64,000 nucleotides of DNA, taken from positions 1-64,000 of the IMG/VR virus record IMGVR_UViG_3300042350_003419; one strand, 5' to 3'. The position numbers and the translations under genes are program-made. A model generated the notes under the pieces. That model searched no databases. It was not told where the DNA came from and saw nothing but the letters and a program-made list of their open reading frames with translations. Of this stretch, positions 19,377 to 29,660 are shown piece after piece. Position 1 is the stretch's first letter. The number at the start of each line of letters is the position of its first letter. Source of the stretch: a virus. Taxonomy: Duplodnaviria > Caudoviricetes.

Positions 19377-20695
19377 TGAAAAGTTTCCTCCAATTTATAT
19401 CAGAAGCAACTTCTGCAGCAGACCAAGCTCAGCGTCTTGGGTTGCAGGGAGACGGACACGGAGGTTGGTATGACAGATCAACAGGAGAGTTTGTTGCCAA
19501 GACCGAAGGTGGAAAGTTAAAGTTCTATAATAAGAGACAAAGAGTAGGAAAAGACCCGGTTCAGACTCCACACGAAAAGGATGTTCCTTCTCCAAGTTAT
19601 AATGACCCAAATGCCCAACAACCACCTCAACAGCAGCAACAACCCGCACCAGAGCAGCAACCAGTAGCACAGGAACCCCAACAACCTGTGGCAACTCCAC
19701 CACCTGTTCCTAAGACTAAAGGAACTCTTACTGTTGCTTTCGGTCGTTTTAATCCTCCTACAGTCGGACACCAGCAATTGATGGATGTTGCTGCCGCATC
19801 ATCTCAGGCAGATGGTGGAGACTATTTAATCTATCCGTCCAGAAGTCAGGATAAGAAAAAGAATCCACTAGACCCTGATACAAAGATTTCATATATGAGA
19901 CAGATGTTCCCTGCTCATAGTGAAAGAATTGTAAATGATGCCGCAAATAAGACTATCTTTGATGTTCTTAAAAAGGCACATAACGATGGATATACGAATG
20001 TTAGAATTGTAGGTGGTTCTGATAGAGTCAAGGAGTTTGAGAAACTATCTAATAATTACAACGGTCAATTATATGCCTTTGATGCTATTGAAGTAGTTTC
20101 TGCCGGTGATAGAGACCCCGATGCAAAAGGTGTGGAAGGTATGTCTGCATCCAGAATGAGACTTGCCGCTGCCGAAGGAGATTTTCGTAAGTTTAGAGAG
20201 GGTCTTCCTCCCGATATGAAGCGTAAATCCGCACAAGAATTATTTGATTCTGTACGAGCATCCATGGGTATTAATGAGAACTGGAATCTCTGGGAAATTG
20301 CTCCTAAGTTTGATTACCAGACTCTTCGTGAGAATTATATTTGCGAAAAAATATTCCAAATTGGTCAGTTAGTGGAGAATCTAAACACCGGTCTTGTTGG
20401 AAGAATCTTACGTCGTGGAACTAATTATCTGATTTGTGTAACCGAATCTGGTATGATGTTTAAGTCCTGGATTAAGGATGTGATGGAAACAAAGAAATAT
20501 ACCGAAGTTCAAATGGATAAAAAAATGAGAGAACCCGGAAAACCAAATACTTTAGTTGGAACTTCTGGATTCTATAAGTATGTTGCGGATATGACACCAG
20601 AGGCACCCGAAACAAATCTACAATACGGAGCAAAACCCTATCGTGGTTATAAAGCATCTAATATTAAGGACTTTATAAATAAGTATAGAAAATAG
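19376..20695 (+). CDS. cytidylyltransferase-like (HIGH superfamily) protein
   Basis: FGRFNPPTVGH and GMSASRMR; Gln/Pro linker; MKSFLQFISEA N-terminus. Confidence 0.8.
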   Translation: MKSFLQFISEATSAADQAQRLGLQGDGHGGWYDRSTGEFVAKTEGGKLKFYNKRQRVGKDPVQTPHEKDVPSPSYNDPNAQQPPQQQQQPAPEQQPVAQEPQQPVATPPPVPKTKGTLTVAFGRFNPPTVGHQQLMDVAAASSQADGGDYLIYPSRSQDKKKNPLDPDTKISYMRQMFPAHSERIVNDAANKTIFDVLKKAHNDGYTNVRIVGGSDRVKEFEKLSNNYNGQLYAFDAIEVVSAGDRDPDAKGVEGMSASRMRLAAAEGDFRKFREGLPPDMKRKSAQELFDSVRASMGINENWNLWEIAPKFDYQTLRENYICEKIFQIGQLVENLNTGLVGRILRRGTNYLICVTESGMMFKSWIKDVMETKKYTEVQMDKKMREPGKPNTLVGTSGFYKYVADMTPEAPETNLQYGAKPYRGYKASNIKDFINKYRK

Positions 20696-20715
20696 TAAAG
20701 TAGTAAAGTCTTAAT

Positions 20716-22560
20716 ATGAAAAATCATATTGCCGAAGAGTTACCAGCGAGAAAACACGCTCCTGCCGCTGCTGGTTCTGGTTCCGGTGCTACTCCCGCCG
20801 ATGGAGACAAAAAGAAAAATAGTGAAAAGTCCCCAGAACAAAGAGCAAAGCAGGCAGTATATGATATTCGCTACAGAGCAAGAAGAGAAGATATTCCACT
20901 TCGCCAGGCATTCTCTCAATATATGCAAAATAGTAGTATGGGAGGTCAAGAAAAAACTATTGTTAAGGCAAAACTATTCGGTAAAGAGGGTGGTGGTATG
21001 AAGGCAGAAGATTTTAATCCTATCTTTAAGGATGCGGCATCTGATAATGTTGCCAAAGCACTTTTTAAGGTTTTTGTTGAAGGAACCGAACAAGAACAAG
21101 AATCAATTTCTTTAACCTATCTTGAAGAACTTGATAGTGCAGAGCACAGAAAGTATAAGGTTAGAGTAACCGATAAGAATACCAAAAAGTCTTATGTAAG
21201 ATATGCAACTCGTGAAAAGATTAATCAACTTCGTGCAAATTCAAATATTGAATCAGTTGAAATGACCGGATATGGCGAACCCTATGAAGGTGAAAAGAAA
21301 AAGGGTGAGCAAACCGCAAAGGTTGCATCAGGTAAGGGACTAGACCCTGTTGGTAAGGAAGATTCTGATATTAATAATGATGGTAAGGTCAATAAGACCG
21401 ATGATTACCTCAAGAATCGTCGCAATAAAATCGGTTCGGCAATTGCTACTCGTAAAGAAGAGTTCATTCACGAAGCAGAAACCGAAGACTCAAATGATAA
21501 AAAAATTGATATAATGAAGAAGGGAAAAAAGAATAAAGTTATTATTGCACCTACTCAGGATAAAAGTGTAGGATTGATGAATCATCAAGAACTTGATGGC
21601 GAACTAATTTCTGAAAAGGCAGTCAGTTCGGCACAGCAGCGTTTTATGGGAATGGTTTATGCTGCTAAAAAAGGCGAAAAACCCGCAAGCCCTGAAGTTG
21701 CAAAAGCAGCAAAAGGTATGAGTAAGAAAGAAGCAAAGAAATTTGCATCAACAAAGCACAAAGGTCTTCCAGAAACTGTAAAGGAATCTGGATACTTTCC
21801 TACACCCGAATCGCAAAGAAAAGATGAGGCAAAGTATAATCTGAGAGGTCAAACTGTAAAACCCAGAACTCCTCAAACTCAATTGGGTGCAAAAATGAAG
21901 CCACAAACTCCAGTTAAAGAAGAATCTGAATGTGGTATGGGCGACAAACCAAAACTCAAAAAGAGTGAATCTGATGTTAGAGAAATTCCAACTAAAGTAA
22001 ATCTGGTTAAAAATAAGTTAAGAGCAATGGGTCTCAAGATGTCTTATGAACCCGATGGTGAAATGGTTGATGAAGCAATTGCTGGACTAAGACCGGCTTC
22101 CGAGAGAACAAAGAATACAATTACTCCAGCACAAAGAAAGAAGCAAGAGCAAGAGCGTAAAAGAAAAGAAGAACTGACACATAGAGCAAATTTAGAACTT
22201 GCTGGTATGAAGAATACTGCCAAACCAGGAGCAGTAACAAAAACTGAAACAAAACCATCTGCACCAGAATCAAATCGTAAGATTAAGACTGGTAAAAAAG
22301 TTGATACTCTTGCGGTAAAGGCAAACAAGATTATCTCTTCTTCTTATGAACCAGAAGGTGAAATGGTTGATGAGGGGCAAGGAGAATTCAGAAGTCTTGG
22401 TAGAGCAGACCAAAATAGAGGAAGAAATCGTTATATGGGGGGTGGAACCGCCGATGACATGGCAGACGACCAGAAAAGAGGAGATAGGGCAGCTGCTCGT
22501 GCTGTAGAACAGTTAAGAAGAAGACGTGCAGCCGAAGAGAGACGTAAACAAGAAAAATAA
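20716..22560 (+). CDS. large charged modular protein (DUF3008-like segment, DxNxDG motif), probably virion-internal
   Basis: KAVSSAQQRFMGMV...KKFASTKHKGLPE; DINNDGKVN; repeated SYEP(D/E)GEMVDE. Confidence 0.55.
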   Translation: MKNHIAEELPARKHAPAAAGSGSGATPADGDKKKNSEKSPEQRAKQAVYDIRYRARREDIPLRQAFSQYMQNSSMGGQEKTIVKAKLFGKEGGGMKAEDFNPIFKDAASDNVAKALFKVFVEGTEQEQESISLTYLEELDSAEHRKYKVRVTDKNTKKSYVRYATREKINQLRANSNIESVEMTGYGEPYEGEKKKGEQTAKVASGKGLDPVGKEDSDINNDGKVNKTDDYLKNRRNKIGSAIATRKEEFIHEAETEDSNDKKIDIMKKGKKNKVIIAPTQDKSVGLMNHQELDGELISEKAVSSAQQRFMGMVYAAKKGEKPASPEVAKAAKGMSKKEAKKFASTKHKGLPETVKESGYFPTPESQRKDEAKYNLRGQTVKPRTPQTQLGAKMKPQTPVKEESECGMGDKPKLKKSESDVREIPTKVNLVKNKLRAMGLKMSYEPDGEMVDEAIAGLRPASERTKNTITPAQRKKQEQERKRKEELTHRANLELAGMKNTAKPGAVTKTETKPSAPESNRKIKTGKKVDTLAVKANKIISSSYEPEGEMVDEGQGEFRSLGRADQNRGRNRYMGGGTADDMADDQKRGDRAAARAVEQLRRRRAAEERRKQEK

Positions 22561-22601
22561 ATTCTAAATAGTACAGGATACTCTTTCACACGGAGATTAT
22601 T

Positions 22602-22787
22602 ATGACAATCGCAGCAATTATCGCTTGGGCAAATGCCAATCAAGCACTTATCGCAACTGTTCTTTTTGCAGTTTCGGAAGCACTTGGAGCAAACCCAAAA
22701 ATCAAAGCAAACGGTATTCTTTCACTCATTCTTATTCAGGCACAAAATGCTCTGAAAGCAAAAGGTGCAAAAGATATTACTCCTTGA
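22602..22787 (+). CDS. small membrane protein
   Basis: hydrophobic; GGAG SD; CTAAATA upstream; terminator 22807-22838. Confidence 0.6.
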   Translation: MTIAAIIAWANANQALIATVLFAVSEALGANPKIKANGILSLILIQAQNALKAKGAKDITP

Positions 22788-22878
22788 GAGTTAATCAAAA
22801 ATGTTAAGGAGACCTATAAAGTAAAGGTCTCCTTTTTTTATAAATATTATTAGAAAAAGAATTTTGTAGGTAAGAAAC

Positions 22879-23901
22879 ATGTCACTTTGGGGCATTTCAA
22901 CAAACGCTGAAACTGCAGCAAATAATTACGCAATTCCAAAATTCCAACTTGAGACTGATCGTAACACAAGTCCTTGGAATACTTTTGCAGATGTTCGTGG
23001 TTGGATTCAGAGAAGATATAAGACTAAAGTAAATTCGGGAATTTCTACTCGTTACTTTGACGAAGTTTTAGTCCCTGTTACTGGGATTAATAGTACTAAT
23101 GTTGGTGGATCTACTGGTATTGGAACTGCTGAACCAGTCGCAGTTTTCTTTGAAGATCCTAATCAGGCATCACCAATTTCTATCGGCGGTGGAGCAACTA
23201 CTGGCATTTCAACTGGTGCTACTGGTTATGTTCATGTTGTGTTTAATGAACTTGTTTTTGCTGGTGCTGGAGCAACTGTTAGTATTCGTGCCTTTGATGC
23301 AAACAATGCAAATGAAACAACAAGAATCGTTGGAACTGCAGTATCAAACACTGGCACTCAATATGCTTGGGCAGGATCTGCTGCTATTCATGGATCTCCA
23401 GATGTATATACGAATTTCAACGGTCAGATTACAAATAGAGTAGCATTTGCATTCACTGCTCCAAGTACAGTTCTTACTGCAAATGTTAATTTCTTAACTA
23501 CTTCTATCAATTCCACAGTTGCTGCTGGTTCTACTATAATTTTTGTTAGCAGTTTGACTGGTGTTTCTGCGGGAAGTTCAATTACTGTTGGAACTGCGAT
23601 CACAACAAGATCTGTAGTTGCTGTTGGAGATACCTTTGTTACAATTGGAACAGCATCTACGGTTCCATCTGTGATTGGTATTACTACTGCTGTTACATTT
23701 AGTACTCGCACAAATGCCACTAAGTTATCTATTGATCTCTCGCGTGGTTTTGTTGGAGTGATTACTGATGGATCAAATGGCGTTGGTGTGATTAGTTCGT
23801 TCACATCACAATTTGGAGATGTTCTTCTTCGTAATGTTGCTGGTGCTGGAACAACTTCTGGAGTTGGTATTGGTACAACCACTTTAACTGTTACTGCATG
23901 A
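22879..23901 (+). CDS. virion structural or fibre-like protein (Thr/Gly/Ser-rich)
   Basis: MSLWG start, beta-rich composition; TATAAATA upstream. Confidence 0.6.
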   Translation: MSLWGISTNAETAANNYAIPKFQLETDRNTSPWNTFADVRGWIQRRYKTKVNSGISTRYFDEVLVPVTGINSTNVGGSTGIGTAEPVAVFFEDPNQASPISIGGGATTGISTGATGYVHVVFNELVFAGAGATVSIRAFDANNANETTRIVGTAVSNTGTQYAWAGSAAIHGSPDVYTNFNGQITNRVAFAFTAPSTVLTANVNFLTTSINSTVAAGSTIIFVSSLTGVSAGSSITVGTAITTRSVVAVGDTFVTIGTASTVPSVIGITTAVTFSTRTNATKLSIDLSRGFVGVITDGSNGVGVISSFTSQFGDVLLRNVAGAGTTSGVGIGTTTLTVTA

Positions 23902-23902
23902 T

Positions 23903-24274
23903 ATGAGATTTGATGAGTTGAATGAAAATAATTATATATTATTTGCCATTAAATATTACGAAAATCCTCAATCAGTAACGATGGAGGATTTTGAGTCTGA
24001 TTTGAAAAGAATTAGATATGTAAAAAGATTATTAAAAAGATATAAAAATACTGGCGAATTAAAAACTCATCTCATCTTAAATCATCTTATTATCCTCTTT
24101 AATGTTTTTAACGATGCCGCAGTTCCTTTGTTATTCTATAATTTAGAAAAGGAACTGTGGCCGTCTATTAAAAGTTTTTTACTGTTTTTAAATCGTTTAC
24201 CAGAATATCCCAAAACTCAGATACACGAAATTATTGAAGATTCTGAGTGTCTGTCCCAATTGCAGAAAATCTAA
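23903..24274 (+). CDS. conserved T4-like cyanophage protein
   Basis: MRFDELNE.NY.LFAIK.YENP...LILNHLIILFNVF. Confidence 0.7.
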   Translation: MRFDELNENNYILFAIKYYENPQSVTMEDFESDLKRIRYVKRLLKRYKNTGELKTHLILNHLIILFNVFNDAAVPLLFYNLEKELWPSIKSFLLFLNRLPEYPKTQIHEIIEDSECLSQLQKI

Positions 24275-24486
24275 TGGATATAAACAAGATTATTGATATT
24301 ATTCATACTCTCAAAGAAGAAGGTGAGGGTGGCGGTGCTCCCACTAATAGTCTTGTTGGTGGAAAGATTGCGGGTACAGCAGAAGCGGGTGATAGTCCTC
24401 CAGTAGATTTGAGAAAAGGAAAAAGAAGGAATTGGAATCCATTCTTCAAAAATCTTGCCAGAATGCAAAGAAGAAAATCCAAATAA
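24274..24486 (+). CDS. hypothetical protein
   Basis: ATG overlaps the previous stop. Confidence 0.5.
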   Translation: MDINKIIDIIHTLKEEGEGGGAPTNSLVGGKIAGTAEAGDSPPVDLRKGKRRNWNPFFKNLARMQRRKSK

Positions 24487-24548
24487 ATAATAATATAATT
24501 ACTACTTGATTTTTTTGTTTCGTAAATCCCATACCAACCAACAAAAAA

Positions 24549-24992
24549 ATGTTTAACAAATCATCCAACGAAACAAAAATTGCGGTTCTCGAAGAACGTC
24601 TTACTTCCTATGAGGTTATGATGAAAAAGATAGATGAAGCAATTCAGATAATGGGTAAGACAAGTCAAAGCATTTCTAAAATGTTGGCAGTTCATGAAGA
24701 AAAATTGGAAAATAGTGGTAAAAATGATGACTTAATTATTGATAGAATTAAAACAATTGAAGTAAAAAATACAGAAGAGCACGGTAGAGTAATTGAAAGA
24801 TTTGAATCGCTGGAAGAAAAAATAGATGAGCGTATAATTAATCTTGATAAAAAAGTTGATGATGTCGTTAAGTTTCGTTGGTTAGTTGTGGGTGCTTTAG
24901 TAATAATTTCTTTTGTATTTTCTCAGTCATCTATGGTGGTGGATGTCTTGACACCAGACTCAGAAAAGATTAGGATAGAAAGAGCAAAGTAA
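24549..24992 (+). CDS. coiled-coil protein with C-terminal TM helix
   Basis: KIAVLEERL...MLAVHEEKL...RWLVVGALVII. Confidence 0.6.
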   Translation: MFNKSSNETKIAVLEERLTSYEVMMKKIDEAIQIMGKTSQSISKMLAVHEEKLENSGKNDDLIIDRIKTIEVKNTEEHGRVIERFESLEEKIDERIINLDKKVDDVVKFRWLVVGALVIISFVFSQSSMVVDVLTPDSEKIRIERAK

Positions 24993-25002
24993 AACCCTTA
25001 TA

Positions 25003-25974
25003 ATGGATTTAATTGATTCCAAGTATATTGGACTAGTTTCCTCACGCCTTCAAAAATTTAAAAGAGTCAAGGCAGATCTCTACAATTTTCGCTGCCCTAT
25101 GTGTGGAGACTCTCAAAAGAATAAAAATAAGACTAGAGGATATTTGTATCCTGTAAAGAACAATACTAATTTTAAGTGTCATAACTGTGGGGCAAGTATG
25201 TCCTTCAATAACTTTCTCAAAGAACTAGACTCCACTCTTCATAAGCAATATACGATGGAGAAGTTTAAGGAAGGATATACCGGTAAGAACTTTGTAGTTG
25301 AAGAACCAAAGTTTGAGTTCTCAAAACCAACATTTTCCAAGAAACTGGACCTTCCAAAAGCATCATCAAATCAACTTGCCAAGGAATATCTAGAAAAAAG
25401 ACAACTCAATCCGGAAAAGTTTTATTTTGCTGACAAGTTTCAGGAGTGGGTGAATACTCAAAAACCCACATATAGTAGGATTGTAAAGGATGAGAGTCGT
25501 ATAGTCATACCACTATACACTAGGGAAGGAGAAGTCTTCGGATTTCAGGGAAGAGCACTAGGTCCGAATAGTGTTAAATACATTACCGTCATCTTGGATG
25601 ATTCAATTCCCAAACTTTATGGACTCAATAAGGTAAATGCAAATGAGACGGTTTATATTGTTGAGGGACCATTTGACTCTGAGTTTGTAGAGAATGGAAT
25701 CGCTATGTGTGGTGCCGATGTTGATGTATCATCCTGTAATTTTAAGGATGTAGTTTATGTCTTTGATAATGAACCACGAAACCGAGAAATCTGCAATCGT
25801 ATGAATAAGATTATTGAGGGTGGAAATAAAATTATAGTATGGCCCAAATCCATTCAGCAAAAGGATATAAACGATATGATTCTTGCTGGACTTTCGGTTA
25901 TGGATATGTTAAAATTGAATACACACTCAGGTTTAGAAGCAAAAGTAAAGTTTAACGAATGGAAGAAAGTATGA
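25003..25974 (+). CDS. gp61: DNA primase (gp61)
   Basis: CPMCGDS...CHNC zinc finger; EGPFDS; FDNEPRN Toprim. Confidence 0.95.
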   Translation: MDLIDSKYIGLVSSRLQKFKRVKADLYNFRCPMCGDSQKNKNKTRGYLYPVKNNTNFKCHNCGASMSFNNFLKELDSTLHKQYTMEKFKEGYTGKNFVVEEPKFEFSKPTFSKKLDLPKASSNQLAKEYLEKRQLNPEKFYFADKFQEWVNTQKPTYSRIVKDESRIVIPLYTREGEVFGFQGRALGPNSVKYITVILDDSIPKLYGLNKVNANETVYIVEGPFDSEFVENGIAMCGADVDVSSCNFKDVVYVFDNEPRNREICNRMNKIIEGGNKIIVWPKSIQQKDINDMILAGLSVMDMLKLNTHSGLEAKVKFNEWKKV

Positions 25975-28268
25975 ACAACGGAACAAAAGTCACTAAAAGA
26001 AATGGAAATACTGAACCACTTGATTTGAATAAACTTCATGTTATGGTGGAAGAATCCTGTAAGGATCTTGCTGGAGTTTCTGCATCTCAAGTTGAAATGC
26101 AATCTGGAATTCAGTTTTATGATGGAATTACTACAGCAGAGGTTCAGGAAATTCTGATTCGTTCTGCTTCTGATTTGATTGATCTGGATCATCCTAATTA
26201 TCAATTTGTTGCTGCTCGTCTTCTTCTGTTTGCTCTTCGCAAGCAATTGTTTGGACGTATGCATGAATTCCCAACCGTAAAGCAACACGTTCTTGATTGT
26301 GTTGATGACGGAGTTTATGATTCAGAAATTCTTGATCTTTACACAGATGAAGAATTTGAGAAACTTGAGTCGTTTATTGATCATGATCGTGACTACTTGT
26401 TCACTTATGCAGGACTTAGACAAGTAGTGGACAAGTATCTTGTTCAAGATAGGAGTAGTGGTGCTCTTTATGAGACCCCACAGTTTATGTACCTTTTGAT
26501 TTCAGCAACTATTTTTTCTAAGTATCCAAAAGAAACTCGTCTAGATTACGTTAAGAGGTATTATGACGCAATCTCCAAACATAAAATCAACATTCCCACA
26601 CCAATCATGGCAGGTGTTAGAACCCCACTTCGCCAATATGCAAGTTGTGTTCTTGTTGATGTTGATGACACCCTCCCTAGTATTGAGTCTAGTGATTCTG
26701 CAATCTTTAGGTATGTTGCTCAAAGAGCAGGAATTGGCATCAATGCAGGTAGAATCCGTGGCATCAACAGTAAAATCAGAGGGGGAGAAGTTATTCATAC
26801 AGGTGTTATCCCATTCCTCCAAAAGTTTCAGGCAACTGTCAGATCTTGCACTCAAAACGGCATCCGTGGTGGATCAGCAACTGTCCACTTTCCAATCTGG
26901 CACCAAGAAATCCAAGACATCCTAGTATTAAAAAATAACAAAGGAACCGAAGATAACCGTGTTCGTAAGTTAGACTACAGTATCCAAATCAGCAAAATTT
27001 TCTATGAACGATTCATTCAAAACGGAGAAATCACACTCTTCTCCCCACACGACGTTCCTGGTCTTTATGATGCTTTTGGCACTGATCGATTTGACGACCT
27101 TTATGTGGGTTATGAACGAGATGGATCTATTCCAAGAAAAACTATCGGCGCTCAAGAACTATTTCTGGATCTTCTGAAAGAACGTGCCGAAACTGGTCGT
27201 ATTTACATTATGAATATTGACCACTGCAACTCCCACTCTTCCTTTATGGATAAAGTTGAGATGAGTAATCTTTGTCAGGAAATCACACTCCCAACAAAAC
27301 CGATTCAACATATTGATGATCCAAATGGGGAAATTGCTCTTTGTATTCTTTCTGCTATTAATGTTGGTAAAATTAAAAGTAATGAAGATCTTGAAGTTCT
27401 TTGTGATCTTGCTGTTAGGAGTCTTGATGAACTTATTGATTTTCAAAGATACCCCGTCAAAGCAGCAGAAATCGCCACCAGAGCACGTAGGTCACTTGGC
27501 GTAGGTTATATTGGTTTGGCACATTATCTTGCCAAGCACGGGCAGAATTATGCCGATCCTGGGGCATGGCAATTAGTTCACGATCTGACTGAGGCATTCC
27601 AATACTATCTCATTCAGGCAACTGTCAATCTTGCTAAAGAAAAGGGTGCCTGTGAATACTCTCATCGCACCAAGTATGGTAATGGTATTTTGCCCATTGA
27701 TACATACAAAACTGACGTTGATGAAATCATTCCAAATAATCTGAAGTATGATTGGGAAAGTCTTAGAGCACAGGTCAAACAGTATGGAGTTAGGAACTCA
27801 ACACTGTCCGCACAGATGCCATCGGAGAGTAGTTCCGTTGTGTCAAATGCAACAAACGGAATTGAACCTCCCAGAGGATATCTGTCCGTTAAGAAGTCGA
27901 AGAAGGGACCGCTCAAGCAGATTGTTCCACAGTATCATACTCTTAAGAACAATTATACGCTTCTTTGGGATATGCCTAGCAATCGTGGTTATATCAATAT
28001 TGTTGCTGTTATGCAAAAATTCTTTGATCAGGCGATTTCTGGAAACTGGTCATATAACCCAGAGAATTATGAGAACAATGAGGTTCCTGTTAGCGTAATG
28101 GCACAGGATATGCTTACTTGTTTCAAATTGGGGCATAAAACAGCATACTATCAAAACACTTATGATAATAAGACAGATGAAGTTGAAGAACCAAAACAAC
28201 AACTTCAATCTCTTCTTGATGACATTATGAGTTCTGGCGAAGACGATTGTGAAAGTTGCAAAATCTGA
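25971..28268 (+). CDS. nrdA: ribonucleotide reductase class Ia alpha subunit
   Basis: ATP cone, PTPIMAG, SCV, SNLCQEI, C-terminal CESC. Confidence 0.97.
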   Translation: MNNGTKVTKRNGNTEPLDLNKLHVMVEESCKDLAGVSASQVEMQSGIQFYDGITTAEVQEILIRSASDLIDLDHPNYQFVAARLLLFALRKQLFGRMHEFPTVKQHVLDCVDDGVYDSEILDLYTDEEFEKLESFIDHDRDYLFTYAGLRQVVDKYLVQDRSSGALYETPQFMYLLISATIFSKYPKETRLDYVKRYYDAISKHKINIPTPIMAGVRTPLRQYASCVLVDVDDTLPSIESSDSAIFRYVAQRAGIGINAGRIRGINSKIRGGEVIHTGVIPFLQKFQATVRSCTQNGIRGGSATVHFPIWHQEIQDILVLKNNKGTEDNRVRKLDYSIQISKIFYERFIQNGEITLFSPHDVPGLYDAFGTDRFDDLYVGYERDGSIPRKTIGAQELFLDLLKERAETGRIYIMNIDHCNSHSSFMDKVEMSNLCQEITLPTKPIQHIDDPNGEIALCILSAINVGKIKSNEDLEVLCDLAVRSLDELIDFQRYPVKAAEIATRARRSLGVGYIGLAHYLAKHGQNYADPGAWQLVHDLTEAFQYYLIQATVNLAKEKGACEYSHRTKYGNGILPIDTYKTDVDEIIPNNLKYDWESLRAQVKQYGVRNSTLSAQMPSESSSVVSNATNGIEPPRGYLSVKKSKKGPLKQIVPQYHTLKNNYTLLWDMPSNRGYINIVAVMQKFFDQAISGNWSYNPENYENNEVPVSVMAQDMLTCFKLGHKTAYYQNTYDNKTDEVEEPKQQLQSLLDDIMSSGEDDCESCKI

Positions 28269-28314
28269 CCTGATTAAATATAAAAGTGTGAGTTAATTTA
28301 GAGAAGAAAAAATT

Positions 28315-29496
28315 ATGGATTTTAACTTTAAGACAAAACTAGCGGAGAAGAATGTGGTCAATCAAATGACAGTTTTTAACTCTGAAGAGGTTGATACCAA
28401 AAAGCAACCTATGTTTTTTGGACAACCACTAGGAATTCAAAGATACGATTCTTACAAATATCCAATCTTCGATAAATTAACAACTCAACAACTAGGATAT
28501 TTTTGGAGACCTGAAGAGGTCTCTCTTCAAAAGGATAGAGGAGATTATCAATCTCTTCGCCCAGAACAAAAGCATATTTTCACCAGTAATCTGAAGTATC
28601 AGGTTATGCTTGATTCTGTTCAGGGAAGAGGTCCTGGTATGGCATTTGCTCCTTACTGTTCTCTTCCTGAACTGGAAGCATGTATGAAGGTGTGGGAGTT
28701 TATGGAGATGATCCATTCCCGTTCATATACATATATTATCAAAAATGTTTATTCAGATCCTTCTGAAGTCTTTGATACGATTCTGAAAGACGAACGTATT
28801 ATGGAACGTGCTGTCAGTGTAACTGAGGCATATAATGACTTCATTAATAGTGCTCAACATTATGGAACTTCTGAACTTTGGAAACACGCCCAAGAACAAG
28901 TTCCCCACGCACAGGAAGAAAGATATGAACTCAAACGCAAATTATTCAGAGCAGTTGCAAATGTTAATATACTTGAAGGTATTCGCTTTTATGTCAGTTT
29001 TGCTTGCAGTTTTGCATTTGGCGAACTCAAGCTTATGGAAGGAAGTGCAAAAATCATAGGTCTAATTGCCCGTGATGAGAATCAACACCTTGTCATTACT
29101 CAGAACATTCTAAACAAATGGAAAGAGGGTGATGATCCTGATATGGCACGTATTTCAAGAGAAGAAGAACAGTGGGTCTACAAGACCTTTGAGAATGCTG
29201 TCAATCAAGAAAAACTTTGGGCAGAGTATCTGTTCAAAGATGGTTCTATGATTGGTCTAAATGACAAACTGTTACAGCAGTATGTTGAATGGATTGCTAA
29301 CCGTAGAATGAAGGCAATCGGACTGAAACCTCTTTATGATATTCCGGCAAAGAATAATCCCCTTCCTTGGACTGAGCACTGGATTTCCTCTAAAGGACTT
29401 CAAGTGGCACCTCAGGAGACGGAAGTTGAGTCTTATATCGTTGGAGGAATCAAGCAAGATGTTACCAAAGATACTTTCTCAGGATTCCAACTATGA
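28315..29496 (+). CDS. nrdB: ribonucleotide reductase class Ia beta subunit
   Basis: FWRPEE, EMIHSRSY, EGIRFYVSF, DENQH, VAPQETE. Confidence 0.97.
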   Translation: MDFNFKTKLAEKNVVNQMTVFNSEEVDTKKQPMFFGQPLGIQRYDSYKYPIFDKLTTQQLGYFWRPEEVSLQKDRGDYQSLRPEQKHIFTSNLKYQVMLDSVQGRGPGMAFAPYCSLPELEACMKVWEFMEMIHSRSYTYIIKNVYSDPSEVFDTILKDERIMERAVSVTEAYNDFINSAQHYGTSELWKHAQEQVPHAQEERYELKRKLFRAVANVNILEGIRFYVSFACSFAFGELKLMEGSAKIIGLIARDENQHLVITQNILNKWKEGDDPDMARISREEEQWVYKTFENAVNQEKLWAEYLFKDGSMIGLNDKLLQQYVEWIANRRMKAIGLKPLYDIPAKNNPLPWTEHWISSKGLQVAPQETEVESYIVGGIKQDVTKDTFSGFQL

Positions 29497-29599
29497 TGAA
29501 TGGTGCGAACAGGAAATCCTGAACGCATATCAAGAGGCAGCAGAGTGTGATGAGTTTCTTTTTGGTGATTATGATTATGAAAAAGAATGGATGAATAAT

Positions 29600-29625
29600 G
29601 AGGGTCCTTGAGACCCTCTTTTTTT
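29600..29625 (+). terminator. rho-independent terminator followed by late promoter
   Basis: GAGGGTC-cttga-GACCCTC-T-run-ATAAATA. Confidence 0.7.
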
Positions 29626-29660
29626 ATAAATAAAACTATAAAGAACTAAAAAAGAAAAAA

